Positions 47,764 through 57,972 of a DNA stretch of 64,000 nucleotides are shown piece after piece (position 1 is the first letter of the stretch; every line of letters starts with the position of its first letter). The translations under genes and the position numbers were made by a program. The notes beneath the pieces were generated by a model. It did not search any database. It was not told the DNA's origin and worked only from the letters and a program-made list of their open reading frames with translations. This DNA is from Nitrosopumilaceae archaeon (lineage in GTDB: Archaea > Thermoproteota > Nitrososphaeria > Nitrososphaerales > Nitrosopumilaceae), in the NCBI GenBank assembly GCA_965214835.1, contig CBDCCK010000002.1:1344001-1408000 (forward strand), read 5' to 3'.

Positions 47764-48954
47764 GCCCCGTATGCCCTCCTGTCACATACAAATTCTACGC
47801 ATTTGGGTGGTTCGAATTTTATGGGGTCCTCACCACAAATTTGAAGGTGAAAAAATATCTGTGGCTATTGTTTCACATGATTTATTTTCAAATGATTACT
47901 TTGTCAAACAGATAAAACGTTGTAAGATTACTACAATGCTGGTTGCAGATGAAGCACACCACTTGGGCACCGCCATCGCGCGTAATGGGCTTCTAGAGGA
48001 CTATGTCTACAGGTTAGCGCTTTCGGCCACAATTGAGAGATATTTTGATCAGGACGGAACGGATTTTCTGCGTGAATACTTTAAGGGATCGACTGGAGTG
48101 TCAAGTGTTGCGTCTTACCCACTTGAAAAAGCAATAAAGGAAGACAAGTTGTGTGGATACAACTACTATCCGTTTTTCACAGATTTGACAGAAGATGAAT
48201 ACCATGAATACAGGTCTATCACACATAAAGCAGCTAGGTTGTTAAGTTCAACCGATTTTGAAAAACGGAAGAAGGGCGAGGGGCTCATCAAGATGCGTGC
48301 AAAAATCATAAGAGATGCAACCAACAAGCCCGCAGTTCTTGAGAAAATATTAGCGCAGATGCCTAAAATTAAACATCTACTGATATTCTGTTCTGAGAAA
48401 CAGTACGATACTGTCGAGAAAATCCTGAGCAATTCATCAAAACACAGGAAGGATAACAGAACAACCATGTTCAGGAAAATTACTTATGACAATCCAAAAC
48501 TAAAAAAAGACAGAGTGAAAATTCTTGATGGTTTTGCTAATGAAGACTGGGATGTATTGCTATCTAACCGCGTGTTAGATGAAGGGATGGACATTCCACA
48601 AGCGCGAAGCTGTATTGTCATGGCATCTACTGGAAACCCAACCCAATTTATTCAAAGGCGTGGCCGCGTGTTACGCCCATACAGCGAGCCATACTTGGAT
48701 GGAAGCAGAAAAACACATGCAGACATTTATGACATATTGATCAAACCGCAAATTGACAAGTTTGCCGATCGGGATTCAATCCGGCTTGAGATCAGCATGA
48801 TTCGGAATCAGTTCTCAAGAATAAAAAACATGAGTGAGCTTGCCCTGAATAAGCCACACTGTATGAACGAGATTAAAAAATTTACCTACGGGCTGCCGGC
48901 AGAGTGTTTTTCAGCTACTAATAAATAACTACAACCATTCACGTGTGACACAGC

Positions 48955-49185
48955 ATGGCAAAGATTAATCCGCACATTCTAAATACATTAAAAGAATACC
49001 TCGATGAACATCCTGACATTCCAAGCGAAATGGGTGAGTTGGTTAAAAGGCTGTTAGAAATTGAAAGTACTGTTAGAAGTTATGCAGAAACAGGCGGTAT
49101 TGACAAACTATATGATCAACTGCTAGAAAAGTTTGTAGACAATCAAGATTTTGTAGTATGGTGTAAAAATTATGTCAAGCGATAA
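48955..49185 (+). CDS. pbeB: PbeB-like small protein
   Basis: 76-aa acidic helical ORF between helicase and ATPase, overlapping the ATPase start. Confidence 0.6.
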   Translation: MAKINPHILNTLKEYLDEHPDIPSEMGELVKRLLEIESTVRSYAETGGIDKLYDQLLEKFVDNQDFVVWCKNYVKR

Positions 49186-51271
49186 AGAACAACTATTCAT
49201 AAAAGAAATACAAATTTCCAACTGTGGGAGATATTACGGTGACGGACACACGATTTTATTTTCCAACTCGCCGGGCAAAAACATCAACATAATAATTGGT
49301 TGGAGCGGCAGAGGAAAATCCACAATTTTTGATCTAATTTATTGGTGTTTTTATGGTGAATTTAGAAACAGCAAAGAAGAGCAGAGCACAACAGATTATG
49401 GGCTTGTTAATGACGACGCTTTGAGTAATCTTCCAAAAGGAAAAAGCGTTACAGCTTCTGTCGTGATCTCATTGCATGACAAGCGTGGTGAAAAATATCG
49501 TCTTACCAGAGAAGTCAAAGCAGTCTGCAACAGAGAATCTGGATCCACCAAATTCGAACAGCTAAACAACTCTCGTGTGTCTGACGGAATTGATTTTGAT
49601 ACATCTGCCAAGCTAGTGTTCAAAAATGATCATGGAGATATGCAAATAGAGGATAATCCAAGCACTATTGAAAATAAGATCAGTCAATATTTCCCAAAAC
49701 ACCTGTCCGACTTCTTCCTGTTCGATGGAGAAGATCTGATTAAATTTAGAACCCAAGGACATGCATCTGAATTGATAAAAAATGGAATTACGAAGATATC
49801 AGGTCTTGGTTTGGTAAGCTATCTGATTAAAAACTCAAGCAAAACTGCAGATAACATTCAAAGATCTTATGGCGGCAAAAGCGCACAAGCTGCACCGCAT
49901 CAGGCAGAAGTCGATCGATTGAAAGGAGAAATTAATGACATTAACGAAAAAATAAGAATGAATACTAAGGAGCTTGACAAGCAAACTGTCTTCAAAGACA
50001 AAATCATTGCGTCTATTGCTAAAAGCGAATCTAGCCAGAAATTAGCAAAGGAGAAAAAAAAGAATGAGGCTTCCATAAAACATACAAAGCAAAATATCCG
50101 AGATATAAATCAGGAATTCAAGGAATTTCTCTTTGAGAATATTCCATATGTTCTCCTAAGGGACACACTAAAAAATGCTGAAGATATCTTTGCCCAACTG
50201 GAACGTGAGGATAAGATACCACCATCAATTTCTAGCAGTGCGATTGATAAAATCCTAAACTCTGATCCATTACGATGCGTATGTGGGAGAGAATTTGAGA
50301 AAAAAGACGCAGAGGGTGAACCATGGAGAATATTAAACCAAATGAAAGATACGATCATAGCGGATGACTTGTCACAAGCAATTTCGTTGGGGCGCAACTT
50401 GCTAAGCCAGATAATGGACAATACAGAAAACCAAAAACTAAAAACTAAATTTAGCAAGCATATAGAAAAAAGGAGGCAGGTGAGAGACGAGCTAAACCTA
50501 CTAAAGGAAAAGGATGAAAACTTGGAGCTAAAGATCAAAGAAACTGCAATCATGGAGGGCGGTGACGACCTCATAACTAGAAAGAAGGAATATACTGACA
50601 AAATAGACAAACTGCATGCAGAAATTGTGTTAGATAAAGATAAGCGCGATAATTTAATTGAAGATTTAGATGTTAGCGAACAAAAGCTCCAAAATGCCAT
50701 GGAAAAAGCAGGCAAGTATGATAAGGAGTTAAACAAGATTTCTCTAGGTAAGGCAGTAAGTAAATTTGCCCAACAATTAGAAAAAAGAATTGAAGAGATT
50801 TTGAGAGAAAAGACAGAGCAAGCAACTAGCAAATACTTCCTTGAAAGCGCCCCAGAAAAAGAGACGTTTGATCATGTGGAGATATCACCTAATTATGACA
50901 TTACGGTTAAAGATGAAAAAAACAAAATCCCCTTGCTCTCAAAGGGTCAAGCACACGTACTTGGATTATCATATGTCGCAGGAATCAGAGAAGTTACAAG
51001 CACTAGCACATTTTTAGTTATTGATTCACCACTTCATAACATTTCAGGCTATGCAAGAAATGACATAGCTATGGCATATTCACAGTACCTACCTGGCGTT
51101 CAAATAATTCTGTTAGTTACTGACACAGAATACCTACAAGGTGATTCCAAGGGGGCAGAACCAGTACAAAAAATCTTGCGGAACAAAGGCAATATCGGGC
51201 AAGAGTATGAGATTCAAAAAATCACCACAGAAAATGGAATAGATAGCAGGAAAGTAACGGTGCAAGGATAA
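49172..51271 (+). CDS. pbeC: PbeC-like SMC/DndD-type ATPase with CxC hook
   Basis: GWSGRGKS, FLFDGE, CVCGREF, LSKGQ, VIDSP. Confidence 0.78.
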   Translation: MSSDKEQLFIKEIQISNCGRYYGDGHTILFSNSPGKNINIIIGWSGRGKSTIFDLIYWCFYGEFRNSKEEQSTTDYGLVNDDALSNLPKGKSVTASVVISLHDKRGEKYRLTREVKAVCNRESGSTKFEQLNNSRVSDGIDFDTSAKLVFKNDHGDMQIEDNPSTIENKISQYFPKHLSDFFLFDGEDLIKFRTQGHASELIKNGITKISGLGLVSYLIKNSSKTADNIQRSYGGKSAQAAPHQAEVDRLKGEINDINEKIRMNTKELDKQTVFKDKIIASIAKSESSQKLAKEKKKNEASIKHTKQNIRDINQEFKEFLFENIPYVLLRDTLKNAEDIFAQLEREDKIPPSISSSAIDKILNSDPLRCVCGREFEKKDAEGEPWRILNQMKDTIIADDLSQAISLGRNLLSQIMDNTENQKLKTKFSKHIEKRRQVRDELNLLKEKDENLELKIKETAIMEGGDDLITRKKEYTDKIDKLHAEIVLDKDKRDNLIEDLDVSEQKLQNAMEKAGKYDKELNKISLGKAVSKFAQQLEKRIEEILREKTEQATSKYFLESAPEKETFDHVEISPNYDITVKDEKNKIPLLSKGQAHVLGLSYVAGIREVTSTSTFLVIDSPLHNISGYARNDIAMAYSQYLPGVQIILLVTDTEYLQGDSKGAEPVQKILRNKGNIGQEYEIQKITTENGIDSRKVTVQG

Positions 51272-51783
51272 TGTCAGAAGCAACATCACGGAAAAAAATC
51301 GACTTGTCTGCAAGGAAGATTTCTGCAGGGTGGCCCAAGGTTGGATATGACGGCAACGAGAACAACAAGGCCCTTCAGTTCTATGCAAGAAAATCCGGAA
51401 AGACAAAAGAGAGGAGATCCATGTTTGTCGGCAAGAAACTAGCTGACATCTTTATCTATGCCATGGCGTTAGGCAAACATGCAGGACTGAAAGAAGATTA
51501 TGGAAAACAGGGCGACAGACGAGATTCTATAGACATGGAATACATTGCAATTCATCCCGAATACCTGTGGATGATGTTATCTGTAGCATTAGAGGAGGCG
51601 AAGAATAACGGAGAAAATCCATTGGAAATATTTGATGATCCAAGAAATAAGATAATAGGTGTGTGCGAACAGTATGCAAACTACGGTATCAAGTTGCTAA
51701 TATCTATGGATGAGGGTGCAAGCACAGCAGATCCATACAAGGACTACGAGGAAAAGCTCGAAGAATTACTAGAGAATAATTGA
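51271..51783 (+). CDS. pbeD: PbeD-like protein
   Basis: DIFIYAMALG...EQYANYGIKLL; TAATG coupling to the ATPase. Confidence 0.6.
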   Translation: MSEATSRKKIDLSARKISAGWPKVGYDGNENNKALQFYARKSGKTKERRSMFVGKKLADIFIYAMALGKHAGLKEDYGKQGDRRDSIDMEYIAIHPEYLWMMLSVALEEAKNNGENPLEIFDDPRNKIIGVCEQYANYGIKLLISMDEGASTADPYKDYEEKLEELLENN

Positions 51784-53927
51784 CTGTAACATGTCCTATC
51801 TGTGACGATTCCTTTGAGTCTCAATCCAAGCTCATGTCCCACTTTGAGATACATAAATCCAAGTCAGTTTTGCAGAGAAAACCCGTCGAGACAGACATGG
51901 CCACAAAAAAGCAGAGTTGCAAAAAAATCAACATCCGGAAAATCTTTGGTGAAGAAATCTTCGAGAGATTAATTTCCGATAAAATCAAAAATGTAGAAAA
52001 CACCGAAGAGATGGTTAACAGGAGACAGTTTGTAGAACAGATAAAAAAGATGGTGTCAAAGCACCCTTTTATCTATGCGCCGTATTTTATTGAGGATGTA
52101 TTTGTTGGGCAAAATGCAGCATTCATACTAAAAAAATATGCAATTCCAAATACTGTAGACTGGCAAAACATAATGCAAAAAACGCTAGGATTGAAGGGCA
52201 AAAGGTACCGCCAGCAGGCGTACAGTAATTCGCTTGAAATGAACATGAAAATACCCACATGGAAGAACAAATATGAGACGTTCAGGGATAATTGCACATT
52301 TTTTGCTGGTGAACTTCTTGAGCTTCTTTTTTACAATCTTTTCTGTTCATCAATTCTTGTTATTATGATGGATCATACAAAAACTGGAGCAGAGCATGGT
52401 GATATAATACTGCGAGCTAGAGAAATCCTTGGAGATAACTTTGACATTTACAAAGTTGTTGACGAGCCACTAAAGAAGAGAATAATTGAAAGATATTTTG
52501 GAAGTGATTTTGAACGTATTGGTGAGGAGATTTTATCCGAGATGATTCGCGAGGGAATTCTCCAAAGGAAGCGAGGTAACTGGAAACTGCTGATCGGCAC
52601 GGTTTCAATAGACAAAATAAAAGATGAGATAGTCAACGAGCTTAGGTTCAATCCAGACATCCACAATGAGACACACATCAGGGATAATGTGACGGCTAGG
52701 CATCCTAGCATACGCCTAATCTTGAATTTGGATGTGTGGAAGACGGCATTGTTTGAACTCGAGGATGAAAAATTGATCCGTCTAGAATCTAGGACAACCA
52801 GCAAAAGCTCGGCACTTGTCTTTCTCAATAAAGATTATCTACGAATCCAACAGAAGCTGAGTGGTCTTGACAATCACCTGCCAGAGTTTCATGGTCGAAA
52901 GATCTCTCCACAGGTGTTTATAGACGAGCTACTCGAGCTGGAACGAGGTGACTTTGGCGACAGAGACGATCAAGTAACCCGAATTGCAGGCCTAGTACTT
53001 GCCGAATCGATAAAGATGCGCGCACCACACGAATCCTTACCCGAGTTTGACTTTTCTACCGACATAACAAACTACAATTTCAGGCCCGAGCAGCTCCAAG
53101 TAATGAAAAGGATGAATTTTGTAATGTGGACCAACATATTTCATTGCAAAGTAATGCTGGAAGAAAAGCTTACGGTAAAAAAATACAAGCGTCTCAAACA
53201 TAATCTACCATCAGAGGATCAAGGAATCGTAGTAACGTTTGTAGAGCCCACGTTAGGTGTAAAGCAAATTCTTGAACAGGACAAATCAATTCAAATAATT
53301 GACAAGGATGATCTAAAATCATGGGCATCAATAACGCCTACAATTCCTGCCAGGAAGGGATCGGTTGTCAGGTTACATTACGATCCAGTATCAGACATGG
53401 AAAGAAGAGTAGCCAAAGTAAACATAATAGACTATGAAAGCGGATTGGCATCAGTCACAGTTTTGCCAGAGGTTAAAGAAGTCACAGTTATGGCAAGGGC
53501 GCTTGAGGAAATCGAAGTGTATAGCAACCAAGTTGATGACTTTGCTGTAATTACAGATAATTATTTTGAATTTCTGACCTGGCTTTCTCAACACTCCGAG
53601 AAACGCGATTTTATCGAGGCAATTTTTGACGGGAATGTGAAGGATCTTAGAAAGATCACGCTAGATAAGAAAAACAACATCTGGGAGATCGAGCTAGCTA
53701 ACAACACGGTAACGATCGAGATGGGAGAAAACAACGCAAACAAAATAGCCAAATGTAGTTGTTATCATGGACTTGATTCCGGCATCCCCTATACGTTTTG
53801 TAAGCATCTGATTACCGCACTGGACAAAATAGGACGGGAAAGGAGTTACTTTGACGAAACATGGAATAGTGAGAACAGTTTCAAGAACGCATTAACAAAG
53901 ATCCTCGCAAAAAATTTTCAGTCTTAG
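51780..53927 (+). CDS. unknown 715-aa protein, N-terminal C2H2 finger and C-terminal SWIM-like finger
   Basis: CPIC...HFEIH; CSC...CKH; TTGA overlap with the upstream gene. Confidence 0.8.
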   Translation: MTVTCPICDDSFESQSKLMSHFEIHKSKSVLQRKPVETDMATKKQSCKKINIRKIFGEEIFERLISDKIKNVENTEEMVNRRQFVEQIKKMVSKHPFIYAPYFIEDVFVGQNAAFILKKYAIPNTVDWQNIMQKTLGLKGKRYRQQAYSNSLEMNMKIPTWKNKYETFRDNCTFFAGELLELLFYNLFCSSILVIMMDHTKTGAEHGDIILRAREILGDNFDIYKVVDEPLKKRIIERYFGSDFERIGEEILSEMIREGILQRKRGNWKLLIGTVSIDKIKDEIVNELRFNPDIHNETHIRDNVTARHPSIRLILNLDVWKTALFELEDEKLIRLESRTTSKSSALVFLNKDYLRIQQKLSGLDNHLPEFHGRKISPQVFIDELLELERGDFGDRDDQVTRIAGLVLAESIKMRAPHESLPEFDFSTDITNYNFRPEQLQVMKRMNFVMWTNIFHCKVMLEEKLTVKKYKRLKHNLPSEDQGIVVTFVEPTLGVKQILEQDKSIQIIDKDDLKSWASITPTIPARKGSVVRLHYDPVSDMERRVAKVNIIDYESGLASVTVLPEVKEVTVMARALEEIEVYSNQVDDFAVITDNYFEFLTWLSQHSEKRDFIEAIFDGNVKDLRKITLDKKNNIWEIELANNTVTIEMGENNANKIAKCSCYHGLDSGIPYTFCKHLITALDKIGRERSYFDETWNSENSFKNALTKILAKNFQS

Positions 53928-53947
53928 CACATAGTGAAAAACAAACA

Positions 53948-54088
53948 TTCTTCGACATATATGGGCATGAATTATAGTGAAAAACACAAGTTCGTAAAAA
54001 TCCTAGACTTGGTTAAGACGCTCCATGACATCTTGATCTTCACGAACTTTTGTTTCACACATAGTTCATGCCCACATGTGTTCGAGAA
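53948..54088. repeat. ~55-bp-arm imperfect inverted repeat between convergent operons
   Basis: TGGGCATGAATTAT pairs with ATAGTTCATGCCCA; AAGTTCGT pairs with ACGAACTT. Confidence 0.75.
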
Positions 54089-54257
54089 CTCTTAATCGTT
54101 ACTGCTTTTTGAGAAATTTATTGGTCTTGTAAAACCTCATTCCGATTATGTCGGCTTAATTATTCAAGGGACAAGACATTATGGCTTGCCCGAATCATGG
54201 GCTGAAAAACTAGAGTTGTTTAAGCAAACACCAGAATGAATACTGACTTTTTTGATG

Positions 54258-56207
54258 TTATGGTCCCCTATAGTATTGAATGAGTGGAGGATATTTTGGA
54301 TCATCAGGAGTCATGTGACGCTTGACAATAGGTAATGCCATCTTTCCTTCATAGTATTCTTTGTCAATGATTATGATTTGTCTTCCTTTGAGTTCATCTT
54401 CAGCTAACTCGAAGACAAAGTTGTAAAATCCTTTGAATATGTCCACATTCTCTCGTTCGCTGATGTTTTTCATTGGCGTGTCTATGATCAGAAATGTAGG
54501 AAGTAATGTTCCCTTCTTGGCTGCCAGCCTGTGTATTGCCAACGCATAGCACGATTTGAAGATGGTTTTCTTTCCTCCGCTTCCAAGGTTAGCAAAATGT
54601 GTGGTGGTAGGATCGTCAGGCTTTGTTGACGATATGATTGGAATGTAGTTTTTGGGCGAAATCTCTACTTTATGATCTTCTCGCATCCCAGGAAAGTTCA
54701 CTTGCTTGAGCGTGTCCATGAAAATCTTTTCAAGATCTTTTAGAAGCGATTGTTTTTCTAAGGCCTTTTTCTTTTCGTTGTCCAATTCATCTTTCTGTCT
54801 TTCAATTTTTACGGTTAACTTGCCAGCTTCTTTCTGAAATTCATCCACTTTTTGCGGCAATGGAAGAAGTTGTTTTAGATATTGCAATTTTCCTTCAAGC
54901 ATACTTTTGTTTTTCATCAACTCTTTGGTTTGACTAAGATATTTTGAATCATAATCGTGTTGCAGAGATTCTAATCTATCATCCAACAAAGATTTTTCTT
55001 TTCGCTTGTCTGCTAACTTATTTTCAAGAGTTCTTTTTTCTTGTGTCAGTTGCGCAATTGATGAGTCAATTTCTTTGACTCTTTCAACCAAGTCTGAACC
55101 CATTGTCTTGAGATTTTCTACAGGTTCGCTATTGGGTGGTCTGTGACATAACGAACATATGTCAACTTCTTTGTCGTTGCCTAGATGCTGTCCGCACTGT
55201 GGACAAGTATCAAAGTGCAAGTTTCTGAAAACGCCGCGAGCAGCATTTGTCCTATCAATCTTCATGCTAGCTGTGATGTATTCAGATTTCAGTCTATTTT
55301 GATTTGTGATTTGGAAAGAGAGATCCTCGATCTTTTCCTTTATGCTGTCTGCCAAATTACTTACTTGTCTTGATTGTTCTTTCAATTCATCAATGGGGTG
55401 GCTTTTAACAAAGGTTTTCTTGTGTACGGCAGCAAGTTCCATGTTGATTTTTTTCAAGTCTTTTTCGACGGTTTGAATGTTTGCCTGAAGATCTTTGGTC
55501 AACTCAATTCCCGTTTCTTGCAATATGTCACGTAGTTGATTCATTGTGGAAGTTACCGCAGTTTTTTCACTTCGTAAAGCAGCTATGTCAGTCTCAAGTT
55601 TTGTAACTTTTTCAAAATGAAAACCAAAGATAAATCGAACGGCATCTTGGCTCTTATTGCGTTTGAATTGGTCATCCCCATTGTAAAGATAAAAAAATGA
55701 GCTGTCAATTCGATCTTGATCAAGATAGCAGTACCACATAAGGTCACGGAAACTAAGCCGTACCATCTCGCTCTCTATGTTGTGTTTGCTTTTACGAACA
55801 AATGGAGGCTCAAGGCCTGCTAGATAGAAAAGAAGGTCCGACATTGATTCCACCTTTGTGTCAGGTATGAGGAATTTTTCTTTCTGTCCTCTGATTGGGA
55901 TCTGCATAGCCATAGGTTCTCCTTGTGGAGGTTCTCTCCATGCGGAAATAACGGAGTTTTCTCCTTTCGTTCTGTCTAACCTCACTGAATACTTTCCTAT
56001 ATCAAGTTCGAGACTTACGCTAACAAACTCCTGTTGCATTGCGGGTGTTTCTTTAAGATCTCCGCCAAGACAAAAATTAATCAGTCTTGGCATAGTTGAC
56101 TTTCCTGCTCCAATTTTTCCATAAAAATAAGATATTGAATCAGAGAATGGTATTTCGTAATCTGCTCGTTTGGTTCTAAGAATTAACTTGCGGAATTTTA
56201 TTTTCAT
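54258..56207 (-). CDS. lmuB: Lamassu / ABC-3C SMC-like ATPase
   Basis: GKIGAGKS, LSFRDL..YCYLDQ, CPQC...CSLC, LGSGG, LIIDTP. Confidence 0.82.
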   Translation of the reverse strand: MKIKFRKLILRTKRADYEIPFSDSISYFYGKIGAGKSTMPRLINFCLGGDLKETPAMQQEFVSVSLELDIGKYSVRLDRTKGENSVISAWREPPQGEPMAMQIPIRGQKEKFLIPDTKVESMSDLLFYLAGLEPPFVRKSKHNIESEMVRLSFRDLMWYCYLDQDRIDSSFFYLYNGDDQFKRNKSQDAVRFIFGFHFEKVTKLETDIAALRSEKTAVTSTMNQLRDILQETGIELTKDLQANIQTVEKDLKKINMELAAVHKKTFVKSHPIDELKEQSRQVSNLADSIKEKIEDLSFQITNQNRLKSEYITASMKIDRTNAARGVFRNLHFDTCPQCGQHLGNDKEVDICSLCHRPPNSEPVENLKTMGSDLVERVKEIDSSIAQLTQEKRTLENKLADKRKEKSLLDDRLESLQHDYDSKYLSQTKELMKNKSMLEGKLQYLKQLLPLPQKVDEFQKEAGKLTVKIERQKDELDNEKKKALEKQSLLKDLEKIFMDTLKQVNFPGMREDHKVEISPKNYIPIISSTKPDDPTTTHFANLGSGGKKTIFKSCYALAIHRLAAKKGTLLPTFLIIDTPMKNISERENVDIFKGFYNFVFELAEDELKGRQIIIIDKEYYEGKMALPIVKRHMTPDDPKYPPLIQYYRGP

Positions 56208-56755
56208 AGGTCTATCTTCTCCCCAAATTTCATGTCATGAAGTTCTGGTACTAATTCATACATTAAGTCTTTTAGTCTAGTTGCGCTTAGTCTTCCAAAA
56301 TTTGAGTAGATTATATCAGAACGGTTAACAAAGTCGTCCATTCCTTCATATTCGCCAAGTTTCTCGGCGGTTTCTTTGCCCTTTTGAGTAATTTGTATTT
56401 CGACTGCTTTATTGTTGGTTGCTACTTGTATCAGTCCTTTTGATTCCAGTATTGCAAGATATTGATAGTAACGATGATCCCATGGGCCGTATCGGAATCT
56501 AACCATTTTAGATTCCACACTTGTTTTTTCGTGTGGTCGGATATTTGGATTGTCAGTAGAATTGAATTTACTTAGAGCACACTCCAAAACCGTAGGATAT
56601 CTTAGCAAAAAGTCTAGTTTTACCAATTTTGTTATTCCTTTGACCTGTTTCATGTTACGTCCTCCTAGTTTTGATAGCAGTATCAAGATACGAGATGTAT
56701 GCAGTTCAAAGTTGCTATCCAAGTCAAGAATCTGTTTGATTATCTGAAAGCTCAA
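56204..56755 (-). CDS. lmuC: ABC-3C middle component (LmuC-like)
   Basis: KLVKLDFLLRYP, RFRYGPWD..Y...L..L..KGL; 4-nt overlaps with both neighbours. Confidence 0.75.
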   Translation of the reverse strand: MSFQIIKQILDLDSNFELHTSRILILLSKLGGRNMKQVKGITKLVKLDFLLRYPTVLECALSKFNSTDNPNIRPHEKTSVESKMVRFRYGPWDHRYYQYLAILESKGLIQVATNNKAVEIQITQKGKETAEKLGEYEGMDDFVNRSDIIYSNFGRLSATRLKDLMYELVPELHDMKFGEKIDL

Positions 56756-57972
56756 TTTGCATCCTCCATTTTTTGATTGTTGAACCAGATCTTACAATCT
56801 CCAGTCAAAATGCCGATTATGCCCTTCAATACCTCGTATTTTATTCCAAAAACATCGCGTGCTCTAGTTCTGGCTATGCCTCTGAGCCGGCCCTCTAATG
56901 ATTTTAGCATGTCGGTACCGTATAATGCATCGTCATTTTTTGAATCAGTTTCAGATTCTGCCGCTTCGTTTTCTAATAGGGTTTGCAAATGATCAATTTC
57001 TTGTTTGATTGCTTCTGGTTCACCATTTCTTTTGTTGTATTCCTCAAAGAAGTGATTCTGTGCAGAGTAAGCCAAGTTTTTCATACTGTTGATTTCCATT
57101 ATGCCTATTCCTCCTGCTGCCATTTTTTGTTCCATTAATTCCACGGTTCCAGTCTTTAACTGAAACTCTGTAGGGTTGTTTGACACCAAGTAGACAATCC
57201 GTTCATTCTCTACAATTTCTCCGATTGTTTCAGGGAGGATTTGTTTTGATTTGACTTCCCGCCGTAATTGTTTTCCTTCGCCATCTTCAACAAATGTAAT
57301 ATAGTCTTTGATAGAATTCTCTGTTACCTTGGATGATTTCTTCGAAATAGCTAGGACCAGCATGTTAAGTAAAGAAGATAATTTAGGAACAGAAAGATTA
57401 GAACACTTTTCAATTTTAGACAAATAATCAGTTGTTATTTTACTTTCTATGTCATCAAGTGACGGTCCTTTCAAAATTTCTGTTTTTGACAAAACCGAAA
57501 CTACATCCGTTTTATTTATCGAATTGCTATCAGAGAGTTTTTCAACATACTCCTTGACATCAGAATTCAAATCGTTTGGATTTTCTTGTAATGATTTTAT
57601 TATTCTCTCCAGGTTTTTGGTTTTTTTAAAACCAATATTTGAAACAAAAATAAACTTTTCAAAAGTGTCAGGAAAACCCTGATTTAGGTTAATGAATCTG
57701 TTAAGACTTTTAATTACATCGGGATCATTATAGCTAAATTCTGGTTTTGATTCAGAAGTTTTGATTTGAATTGAAACAAGTTTATCGTTGCATAAAACAC
57801 CTAGAACGTCATCTGCAAGTTCACAAAATAATTGTTTATACGTAATTTCTTTTCTATACATTTGGATAGCAAGTAATATCGTATACAAATGCTGGTATCT
57901 ATATCGTCTTAGAACATCATCGCCGGTTGCAGGAACTTTAGCAATTTCTTCTATTTTGTCCACATCTATCAC
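56752..57972 (-). CDS. lmuA: Lamassu effector with Cap4/DUF4297-like nuclease
   Basis: G....RYRYQ, E..DD...IQIK, FIFVSN; C-terminal LKG....L...CKIWF. Confidence 0.78.
   Translation of the reverse strand: MIDVDKIEEIAKVPATGDDVLRRYRYQHLYTILLAIQMYRKEITYKQLFCELADDVLGVLCNDKLVSIQIKTSESKPEFSYNDPDVIKSLNRFINLNQGFPDTFEKFIFVSNIGFKKTKNLERIIKSLQENPNDLNSDVKEYVEKLSDSNSINKTDVVSVLSKTEILKGPSLDDIESKITTDYLSKIEKCSNLSVPKLSSLLNMLVLAISKKSSKVTENSIKDYITFVEDGEGKQLRREVKSKQILPETIGEIVENERIVYLVSNNPTEFQLKTGTVELMEQKMAAGGIGIMEINSMKNLAYSAQNHFFEEYNKRNGEPEAIKQEIDHLQTLLENEAAESETDSKNDDALYGTDMLKSLEGRLRGIARTRARDVFGIKYEVLKGIIGILTGDCKIWFNNQKMEDAN

Larger units (their letters stand above)
46583..47835 (-). mobile_element. IS3-family insertion sequence, 1253 bp
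   Basis: TG...CA ends, imperfect ~28-bp TIR, CAAA at 46579-82 and 47836-39. Confidence 0.93.
45545..48928 (+). pseudogene. pbeA: PbeA-like PLD-fold + SF2 helicase split by IS3 (rejoined 708 aa)
   Basis: 45545-46582 + 47840-48928 join in frame (YINK|FEGEK); MATGTGKT, DEAHH, LSAT, LDEGMDIP, QRRGRVLR. Confidence 0.8.

Noticed and set aside
47456-47839. N-terminal part of the listed 490-aa ORF 47456-48928
   Set aside because: It is antisense read-through of IS3; helicase sequence resumes at 47840.
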